Assembly (NCBI GenBank): GCA_963666425.2
Contig: OY762825.2
Span: forward strand, 448,001-512,000
DNA from: Bacillota bacterium
Lineage (GTDB): Bacteria; Bacillota; JAAYKD01
Direction: 5' to 3'
Length of the DNA stretch: 64,000 nucleotides
Shown here: in pieces, positions 19,502 through 30,100 of the stretch
Numbering within the stretch: the stretch's first letter is position 1
Layout: each line of letters begins with the position of its first letter
The notes under the pieces: generated by a model
The model's input: only the letters and a program-made list of their open reading frames with translations
The model's database searches: none
Told to the model about the DNA's origin: nothing
Translations under genes and position numbers: made by a program

Positions 19502-20101
19502 TTGTGCGGTAGATATTATGTGGAACCAGAAGAAAATGAAGCCGAAATGCAGCGGATCCTGGCAGACCTGAACCGCCGTTATCCCGATTCCAAACTGCTG
19601 CCGCTGATGCGCTTGGGTGATATTTTACCCTCTCAAATTGCCCCGGTCATGGCCAACAGTAAAAGCCTGACGGCGCGGCCTTTCCTGATGAAGTGGGGTT
19701 ATGCCGAAGGCGAGCGCCCCCTGATCATCAACGCCCGCAGCGAGAGCGCTTTGGAAAAGCCAATGTTTCGCGAGAGTATGCAGACGCGGCGCTGCCTGAT
19801 TCCGGCGAATCGCTACTTTGAATGGCAGAAAACGCCCGAAGCCAAACTAAAATACTGCATCGCCCCGGACGAACAGCCCGTATTTTATATGGCAGGAATT
19901 TATCGTCTGGAGCCCAATCGGGAACTACCGGCTTTTGTTATTCTCACCTGTGATGCAGCGGAAGAAATTAAATTCATCCATCCCCGCATGCCGGTCATTT
20001 TACCCAGAGAGCAGCTGGTTGCCTGGCTGAATCCTGCTGCCGATGTGCAAAGTATCCTGGCGGCCGCGCGCAGCAAAATGATCTATCAAAAGAGTTCGTA
20101 A
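19502..20101 (+). CDS. SRAP (SOS response-associated peptidase, HMCES/YedK-like)
   Basis: N-terminal (M)CGRY, INARSE, RRCLIPA..YFEW and IHPRMPVIL. Confidence 0.92.
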   Translation: MCGRYYVEPEENEAEMQRILADLNRRYPDSKLLPLMRLGDILPSQIAPVMANSKSLTARPFLMKWGYAEGERPLIINARSESALEKPMFRESMQTRRCLIPANRYFEWQKTPEAKLKYCIAPDEQPVFYMAGIYRLEPNRELPAFVILTCDAAEEIKFIHPRMPVILPREQLVAWLNPAADVQSILAAARSKMIYQKSS

Positions 20102-20149
20102 AATAAAAGCAACGAAACGGTTGCTGCAAAATGTTTCTGGTGCACTGCT

Positions 20150-21191
20150 TCGTCGCCTTCTACCCATCAATTACGTCAACATCTTATTATCACATTTTAC
20201 CTTCGTTGCTTCGTCGTCTCTCAACTCAACAATTACGTTAACATCTTATCTTCACATTTTACCAAATGTAGGGAACGGTCTTGACCGTTCCGCCGTCCTT
20301 CGTCACCTCCGTCTTCCGCCGTTCCCTCGCCTCTTCGCTTCCTCCGTCTCTTAACACAATATGCAATAATAAAGCACTATATCCTCGCCGGAATCGTCTT
20401 CCCGCAGAATATAGTGCTTTTGTTCTACTCGCTATAGTGTTTCCCACTCAAATCAATCTGTGCCAACACCCCCGTCCCCTTGGCACAACGATTACGTCAA
20501 CATCCTATCATCACATTTTCTCTTCGTTGCTTCGTCGTCTCTCAACTCAACAATTACGTTAACATCTTATCTTCACATTTTACCAAATGTAGGGAACGGT
20601 CTTGACCGTTCCGCCGTCCCTTCGTTCCTCGTTTCTTTCGTCCTATCGTCTTTCATCGTCCCCTCCCGCCATGCCCCATCGTCTCTCAACCCATCAATTA
20701 CGTCAACATCTTATCTTCACATTTTCCCTTCGTTGCCCCATCGTCTCTCAACCCATCAATTACGCCAACATCTTATCTTCACATTTTACCAAATGTAGGG
20801 AACGGTCTTGACCGTTCCGCCGTCCCCCGTCACCTCCGTCTTCCCCCGTTCCTTATCCGTTCTCCATCTCCCGCCGTCCTTCGTCACCTCCATCTCCCGC
20901 CGTCCCCCGTCACTGCCGTCACCTCCTCCATCCCATTGTTTTTCCTCACCTCTTAACACAATATGCCAACAAAAAAAGCACTATATCCTCGCCGGAATCG
21001 TCTTCCCGCAGAATATAGTGCTTTTCTTATGCCACTTGACAATGCTTTAAATTCACATCAAGCTGTGCCAACACCCCCGTCCCTCTGGAACAAAGCTGTG
21101 CCAACACCCCCGTCCCTCTGGAACAAAACTGTGCCAACACCCCCGTCCCCCTGGAACGTAGTTGTGCCAACACCCCCGTCCCCTTGGCACA
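20150..21191 (+). repeat. Mosaic (BIME-like) repeat block 1: two modules with REP B x3, hairpin C x2 and element A x5
   Basis: B (gtagggaacggtcttgaccgttcc) at 20268, 20589 and 20795; C at 20371-20420 and 20975-21024; A at 20459 and in tandem at 21064/21097/21130/21163 (33-bp period). Confidence 0.9.
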
Positions 21192-21192
21192 A

Positions 21193-24100
21193 CTACCAGA
21201 GGGGTTCGGCGATAAAGTCAGTCATCGATTCGCTGCCATCGGAATTGGTCAAATAGCGATGGGTCCGAATTGCTTCCTCGGCATGACCGGAGGCCCAATG
21301 CGTTGTGGGCATATCCGGGAATGTGGCTTCAGTACCCAGCAGCGGTCCTCTGAACAACATATTGTTGATGATGACAACCGCTTCGCTTCGTTTGGTAAAT
21401 GCATTTGGCTGGAAGGTGCCATCTTCATAACCTTGAATCAACCCGATTCGTTTGATTTCTTCGATGGTATTTGCCGCCCAATGACCTTGGATATCGCTGA
21501 AATCGTTGCTCAGCGGCGTTAATTGATTGGAACGCTCGATTTCAAAATAGCGCGCAATCACGGAAACCAATTCGGCACGTGTAATTCCCTGATCCGGATT
21601 GAACAGCCCATCTGTATATCCTTCGAACAGTCCCAATTTGGATACTGCTTCAATATACTCGGCGGCCCAATGGGTCGTGCTGACATCCGGATAGAGCTGA
21701 ACTCCTGTCACCGTGCTGCGCAAATCCAGAATTCTGGCAAAGATTGCCGCAATTTCTGCACGTGTAATGTAGCGATCCGGTTTAAAGGTATAATCCGGAT
21801 AGCCAACGATGTAACGCTGATGAATTTGTTCATACCGATTGGAATACAAAGAAACGATCATCGTAGACAGATCATCTTCTAAATTCACCAGAGAATCCGT
21901 TGCGGTAATGGTCGCTGTCAAGCGCACAATCACCTGATTCTGGGTTAAAGGCTTAACCCGCGCCGTAACCGTCAGCTTACCGGTCTGATTTGCGGCCAAA
22001 CTACCCAAGTCCCAGACCAGCGTCGAGCCAAAAACTTGCCCGCCGTCACTGTCGATGATCTCCAATTCGTCCGGAATGCTCAAGGTGAGATTGGCCTGAT
22101 CAATTTTCAGCTGGTTTTTGTTGATATAGGTGATTTCAAAAGTAACCGTCTTGTTTTCTTCAACGCTCCGCTGCGAAGCGCTCAGCTGCACTCCCACATC
22201 TTTCTGAGGAACCACTACGCCCACATCGGATGCTTTGAGGATAATGCTGCCCACACAGAATTGCCCATCCGCTAAAACCCGGAAACTCTCCTGCCCAATT
22301 TCTTTTCCGGCCAAATCGTAAACAACAATCTTAAAGTCTTTGCCTTCAGCGCTTGCCGGTAATTCAATGAAGAAAAGACCGGAAGCTTCCTGAAGTTGAA
22401 TGGCATAGTTGACCGGAAGTAAAACTTCGGAACCTAATTGCTGCAGAGAAACTTGCTGCGCTGTTAAACCCAGCAATTTCACACGCGCGGAATCCTGGTT
22501 TGCTGTTAAGGTGTATTGAATGGGACTGCCGCTGACATATTGGAACAAAGCAAAATTCAGCTTGCTGAAATCGTGAATCGTATAGATTTGTCCCGCTTCA
22601 TTTTCAGCAGCCAAAACAGTGTAATGGATTCTCTCGGAATAGAACGCTTGGCCTACACCGGTGATGCTGCCGTTAACCGTTCCCTTTTGATAGAAGGTAA
22701 TTGGATATTGCAGACCCGGTGCCACTTCGAAATCAAACGTAATATAGACATCATAGGTTTCGTTGCCGTATGGAACCGCAACGCTGTAACTGCCGTTCTC
22801 AGCGGTGAGAGTAGTGGCGCTAAAATCGATGATCCCGTCCTGATCGAAATCTTTGCTCACCAAAACAGAGGCATTTTGAACAATCGTACAGCGATTGGAA
22901 TCAATGACGATCCCATTTAAGGTAGCCGGCATAAAATAGACGCTGATGGTATCGGTTGCATACAGATTCTTGATGATATCTTCTACCTTGCCAACAACCT
23001 GAATTTCTTTCGGCACAATGGTTCCGCTGAGGTCGACTTTACCATACTTTACAGTCGCAATCCCCAGGGCATTCGTCACAGATTGCGTGCCGTTCGGGAA
23101 CTCCCCTAGCGGTGCTGAGAAAACGACCGCAATATTCGGCACCGGATTCCCGTTCTGATCGTGAACCTGCGCAAACAGAGTGGTTGTGGTTGTACCATCT
23201 CCTAATAAGCTGGAGGGAATTGCCCGCATATCAATGGTATAGGCAATGTCTAAAACCTGTACGGTAATGGTGATCTCCATGGAGCCGGACAACCCGTCGC
23301 TGACTCTGATCTTGAAATGATCCTCACCAACAAAATCATGATTTGGCGTATAGATCCAGGAACCATTCTCCGCTAGAACCAGCTGACCGGAAGTGGGCTG
23401 CAGGATAACGGCGTAGGAAAGACGATCGCCATCTCCATCCGTGGCAGCAGCACTGCCGTGCAGTGCAACATTTTTTGGTGTCTGCAGAGTCTGATTTTTC
23501 GCAATCGGCGGCGCATTGTTTAAAGAAATGTTCAAGGTTACGGTAGAAATAGCAAAAGCTCCGGCTTGGTCGGTCACACGAACCTGAAATACTTCCGTAC
23601 CTTCATAATCCGTCAGGGGAACATAGATATAAGAGCCATTGGCGTTCAAGACGAGTTGCCCGTGAGTTGGCAATGTTTCTACGGCATAAACCAAATCAAC
23701 TGCCGGCGTTTCAATATCGCTGGCCACAATCTTTTGCTTAAAGGAACCATTCTCTATACCGTAGAGATAATCCGGCACGACCGGTGGGTCATTGACTGGG
23801 GTAATGCTGATATGAACAATGGAAATGCTAAAGCCGCCTACGCCATCACTCACTCTGACGGCAAAGCTGTCACTGCTGCAGTAATTCAGGTTTGGTGTAT
23901 AGGTCCAACTGCCATTGGGCTGCAGGACAACCGTGCCGTTACTGGGCTGTGTTTCCATCCCATAGCTCAACGCATCCCCATCCGCATCCGTCGCCACGAT
24001 GACATCACTGATGGCAGTGTCTTCCGCAGTTGTCAGATGATAGTCCGGCACTACCGGCGCATCGTTCACAGAGGTAATGGTAATCTCTACTTTGGCTAAA

Positions 24101-27100
24101 TTGGAAGCTGCAGTACCATCGCTGCCTGTCCAGTTGAAAAGGTCGCCGCCATGATAATTGAGGTTGGGCGTATAAACCAAATGATCCAACTGCGCGGCAG
24201 GAATGACCTGATTCAACATCACGGCTGAACCGTTCAGACTCAAACTGCCATGGGTTGGCAAACTCTTGAGGCAGACAGAAACCAAATTGGAGGTTTCTAT
24301 ATCGCTGTAGAGGTTATCAAAGCCAATCAAAGTGAAGCTGAGTGCGGTATCTTCCTGGGTTGTACGCTGAGAATCAAGAATAATTGGTGGATCGTTGACC
24401 GGTTGCACGGTTAGGTTGACTGTAGAAAGAGCAGTTCCTCCGTTTCCGTCACGAACCAAGACAGTAAACTGATCAGGACCGTAATAATTGGCTGCCGGTG
24501 TATAGGACCAATTTCCGTTGCCATCAACCGTAACCGTGCCATGGCTGGGCGCTGTATCCAACAGATAGTTTGGTGTATCACCATCTACATCGGTAGCAAC
24601 CACCACACCATTGACCGAAATATCTTCGTCTGTCGTGACATTATAATTCGGCACCACAGGATTATCATTGACCGGTGTAATACTAATCTCTGCCTTGGCT
24701 AAATTGGAGTAAGCGGTACCGTCAAATCCCTTCCAGTTGAAGAGATCGTCGCCGTGATAATTGAGGCTCGGTGTATATTTCAGACCGTTTAACTGTGCTG
24801 CTGGAATCACCTGATTCAAACCCACCGCTAATCCAGCCAGAGTCAAGCTACCATGTGCAGGCAGGCTCTCGATCCGGATGGAGACCAAATTGGGATCTTC
24901 AATATCGGTATAAAGGTTCTCAAACCAAGCTAAGCTAAAATCGATGGCGGTATCTTCCAAAGTCACACGCAACCCATCGTCTGCTGTCGGCAGATCATTG
25001 ACCGGAAGCACTGTCAGATCGATGGTGGATGTCGCAAACCCTAAATTGCCATCGGAAACAATCACAGTAAACTGATCCGGACCATGATAATTTGCGGCGG
25101 GTGTGTAGCTCCAATTGCCATTCGCCACCAGTGTCAGCGTTCCGTGGGTCGGAGCCGTTCCCAAAGCATAACTTAACGGATCTCCCTCCACATCAGAACC
25201 AACTACAATGCCGGCAACCGTCGTGTCTTCATTTGTTATTTTCGTATAATCCGGCACGATGGGGGCATCATTGATATTGCTGATATGAATGGTCACCTTA
25301 GAGAAAGCGGTGCCTCCGTTGCCATCATCCACCCAAACGGTAAATTCATCGTCCCCAAAGTAATCGTGATTTGGCGTGTAGGTATAGCTGCCATCCAAAT
25401 TGACAAGAACTTGACCATGACTGGGGTCGGAGCGTTTAGAATAGCTCAGAGAATCCCCGTCGATATCTTGTCCCAGCACCGCTGCATGCAGGACAGCATC
25501 CTCATCCATGGTCTTGACATAATTGGGAATGGTTGGGGGATCGTTGATTGGATTCACGGTCAGGTTGACGGTAGACAGAGCGGAGCCCCCATTTCCGTCG
25601 TGGACCAAAACAGTAAACAGATCGGGACCATGATAATTGGCTGCCGGCGTATAAGACCAGCTTCCATTCGCATTCAGCGAGAGGGTGCCGTGGCTGGGCG
25701 CTGTATCCAATGCATAACTAAGCAGATCGCCGTCCACATCCGTGGCCACAATCGTGCCAATCACCGCGGTGTCTTCATTCGTGCTCACATTATAATTTGG
25801 CACCACCGGGTTATCATTGACCGCCGTAATGCTGATATCTACCTTGGCAAGATTAGAATACGCAGCGCCGTCGAACCCCTTCCAGGTAAAGAGATCATCG
25901 CCATGATAATTGAGGCTCGGTGTGTATTTTAGACCATTCAATTGCGCCGCGGGGATCACCTGGTTTAAGCCCACCGCCATACCAGACAACGTCAGGCTGC
26001 CGTGCGCCGGCAAGCTCTCAATCCGAACGGAGACTAAATTGGCATCCTCAATATCGGTATAGAGGTTGTCAAACCAAACCAAACTAAAATCAAGCGCCGT
26101 GTCTTCTTGGGTCACACGGTTTGCATCAATTACTGTCGGTGCATCATTGACCGGCGTAATGGTAATGGAAATCGTGGATACCGCCATGCCGCCATGACCA
26201 TCGGAGACATTGACTTTGATCGTAACCGGTCCGTTATAATTTGCGGTTGGAGTAAAAGTCCAGTCGCCTGTAACGGGATTCAAGACAAAGCTGCCCTGAC
26301 TGGGGTCGGGAGCCGTATTGACGGAATAAGCGAGCGTATCAAGATCCACATCGGCAGCCACCACTTTATTGGCCACAGAATTATCTTCCGCTATTGTGAA
26401 AGTATAATCGCCTACCGTTGGCGGATCATTGACCGGGATAACGACAATCGTAACGGTGGATTCCGCAAAGCCTGTGCCATCACTGACCTGCACCTTGAAA
26501 CTGTCCATCCCATTGTAATTGAGATTCGGGGTGTATAACCAATTTCCAGCCGCATCGACTGTGACTGTGCCATGGCTGGGATTTGTGCTTTTAAGATAAC
26601 TTAAAAGAGCAGAGTCCACATCACTGCCTACGACTTTGCCGCCTACTGCGGTTTCTTCTAAAGTTTGCACAACATAGGAAGGCACTGTCGGCGGATTATT
26701 CACCGAGCTGATAGAAATATTGACGGTTGAGTAAGCAATACCGCCATGACCGTCCTCGACTTTGACTTGGAAAGAATCGGGGCCGTTGTAGTACGCCACA
26801 GGGATATAAAGGTAATTCCCATCTGCCTGCAGGGTCACAGAGCCATGGCTGGGATTACTATATTGCGAATAGGTTAAAGAATCTCCATCCACATCCGTTG
26901 CCACAACGGCGCTGGATAAGGTGGTATCTTCCGGAATCACTTTGGCATAATTAGGGACAACCGGAGGATCGTTGACCGGGGTCACCGTAATTTGAACAGT
27001 GGCAACTGCGGTACCTCCCTGGTTATCGTTGACCAATACGGTTACAGTGATAGGTCCACCGTTAAAATCGTGTGCCGGTACAAAACGCCAGGCACCGCTG

Positions 27101-30100
27101 TTGCTGTCCACTGTGAAAGAACCTTGCGCAGCGGATGCACCTGTCTGCACCGAATAGGTCATGGTATTGGCCGGAAGATCAATATCTGCAACGGTAATCA
27201 GACCAAGAATCGTGGTATCTTCCGGTGTGCTAACCACCGACCCGGTTGCCACAGGCGGTTGATTCAAAGTCATATTGGCAGTGACCGGTGAGTACTTCTT
27301 GGAAGTGATGTTCTCTGTGGAATAATATTCCTCAATACTCAGGGTCACCACACCATTAGAAGGGGTACTGAGATCGCCGTCTTCCTTTAAGGAGAAGCTG
27401 AGATACTGACTGGTATTGTATTCAATGGCGGAAAAAATCCACTCGATGGTTTTACTGGTGTTTGTTGTCCCTGTAACAACCGCACCTGGAGCATAAAGCT
27501 CTACCGACATACCACTGGGAATCGTTGCCTTCACCTTAACCATGTTTGCTTCGCTCGCACCTGTGTTTTTCAGTTCGGCTTGGAAATTTAAGACTTCTGA
27601 TACCGAATTGAATGTCTTCTTGACAGCGGTGAAGCTCTGAATTGTCATCTGGGGTTGCTTAACTGAAATATCGCGGTTTACCGACTTCACAATATTCTCA
27701 TCGCTGCCGGCCGAGTAATCCCAGCGAATTCCGGCTGTATTTCTGGCACTGAATGTAGTTCCAGCGCCATAGGCTCCGTCTGTTTTGGCTTGCGCAACTA
27801 CGGTGTATTCATAAACAACGTCGCTGCCAATCGCGCTGACATCGCCGATGAGGTTATAGACACCACCCGCAACAAAACCCCCGCTGAAGGAATTCAGACT
27901 GAACTGGGCCGGTAAGGTATCTTTCAATTCCAAATCGTAAGCATTCGTACCTTGCTTGACCGTAACCCGAATGGTATAAGTAACCGTATCACCGGGTCTG
28001 ATTTCGGTCAAAGAACTGCCATTGCTGGTAGAAACAACGGTTTTGCTCACGACAACATCTGGTATTTTTAAGGTAGTATTCGTTGACACCGATGTCTCAA
28101 AGCTGACTTTGGCGGGTGTGGTATAGTAATTGCCGGTTTTACCGGTCAGCACAATCGATTGACCAGCAGGCCGGTTTGCATCCACCGCCAAAGTAAAACT
28201 GATGGCGCTGGTGGCATTCACGGCTAAACTCGCCACTTCAGGAAAACTATAAACTACATCCGTACCAACCACAACACTTCCGGTAGGTGCTACGCTCCAA
28301 TTGCTGGGCGTCAAGCCTGCCGGAATGGTGATGCTGGGAACAAAACCATAAGCGGTATTTGCACCGCTGTTGCGTATGGTATAGACCAGATTTTGCGTTT
28401 GCCCCTGCACAATACTAAAATTGGTTGTATTCCAGGTACCGGCTAATTGAGGTTTGCTGACATTCAAAGCACTGGTGACCGTCAATTGATGGCTGCTGCC
28501 GCCCGCGCTTTTATCATTCCAATGCAGCTCAGCCTGGTTGCTCTGAGAAGAACTGACACCCACTGCAGTATCTACATGGGTTTTAACATAGACCGTATAA
28601 CTGGCTGCAGAATAATCTCCAACCGCTATCGTCACTTTGCTTCCGCTGCTGCCAAAAGCCACCGGGAAACTGGCAGTATGGCTGGCAAGATCATAATTCG
28701 CGTAAACCCCCAGCAGACTTTGTCCTGCCGGCAGTACTTCAATTAACTCTGTAGCATACAGATTGGTTCCCGCCGGCAAGCTGAACTGAATCTGATACAC
28801 GACCCAATCGTTGACCCGAACCGGATTTGCTTCCGTATCGGTTACACTCTTCGTCAAAGTAGGACTCTTTGCCAGCAAGCTCGTCTCTTTGTTGACGGTT
28901 TGATCCAGATAATCGGGTCCCCCATTGGTTTTCTGATAGCTGACTAAATCAGCCGAATTGTTGAAAGTACGGGTGGCTCCCACCGCCGCGCTGACCTGAG
29001 CCGTATAAATAATGGTTGCAGAGGAATGTGCGGTAATTTCAGGAATCGTGAAATTCAGTACATTGCCTGCCTGAGTAGCAACAGCACCGGCGGGACCGAT
29101 CAGATAGGTAAGATTGGTCAATTCCGAATCAAAGGTATCGGCCAATTTCACATTATAAGCAGAGGCATCCCCATCATTGGTAACCTCAATGGCAAAAGTC
29201 AACGTGTCTCCGGCTGCCAGATCCGACGCGCTCTGTACCGTAGTATAGGGGGGGATCATGCTGGTAAGAATACTCTTTGTCATACTCAAAACCGGTGCCT
29301 GATAAATGAAAGGCAATTGACCGCGCTGACTGTCTATGGCATTTGAAGTATTCAAAAAGGAAGCTTTGGCCATGCTGTAATTTTCTTTGCCATTGATCAC
29401 CTTCAGTGAATCATTGACCCGTAAAACATATTCTACCGATAAAACAGTATTTCTCTCGACTTCAGGAAATTCCACGCTGAAAAGCTTATCGGTATTGCCA
29501 TTGCCAAAATAAGCTTGATTTCCTGAAGCGCCAAACCAAACACTGCCGGCAGCAAACTGATAATTCGTCCCATTGACAACTGCGGTTTCCGAAACGGGAG
29601 TCACAATGGTGCCGCCATCTTTAAATACTACATTTTCCAGATAATACAAGGGAACCCCGGTGGCATAACCGGTTTCGAAAGGATAAAAATCGTAAAGCTT
29701 AACTTCTTTTTGCTTGGTATTCACCTGAGACGCATCATAAGTTAAGCGCAGCCGGATCTCATCCCCTACTTTTAAGGGATAAAAACCCCTGGCATCAGCT
29801 GCAATGCCGGCGCCGTTGACACTGATGATTTCCTTGGTGATCAGCGGTTTATTGATCACTGCGGAAGCCGTGGCATTAGTCTCCTGCGCCGGATAACTTC
29901 CCACTAACGTCACCGTGTCGGAGGAAGACGTATTAATCAGCTTATCATTGGCATAAATCGGTACTCCGGCCAACGCACCCCGCGTCCATTGAGTCATCAC
30001 CTCGGCGCGGAATTGAAGCACTGCGGAAGCTTCTTTTAATAAGCTATCCAACGTCCAGTTCAGGACTTCACTGCCGGGGCTGCCGGTATGAGAATAAGCG

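Noticed and set aside
21064-21191. Four 29-bp repeats at a 33-bp period resembling a mini CRISPR array
   Set aside because: The gaps are only 4 bp, there are no unique 25-45-bp spacers or cas genes, and the same unit is dispersed elsewhere.
20121-21256. Short ORFs (MTVPP..., MPTPPSPW..., LCQHPRP) here and at 31.7-32.3, 33.6-34.3 and 35.7-36.1 kb
   Set aside because: They are translations of the repeat modules in several frames, with no RBS and Pro/Ser-biased composition.
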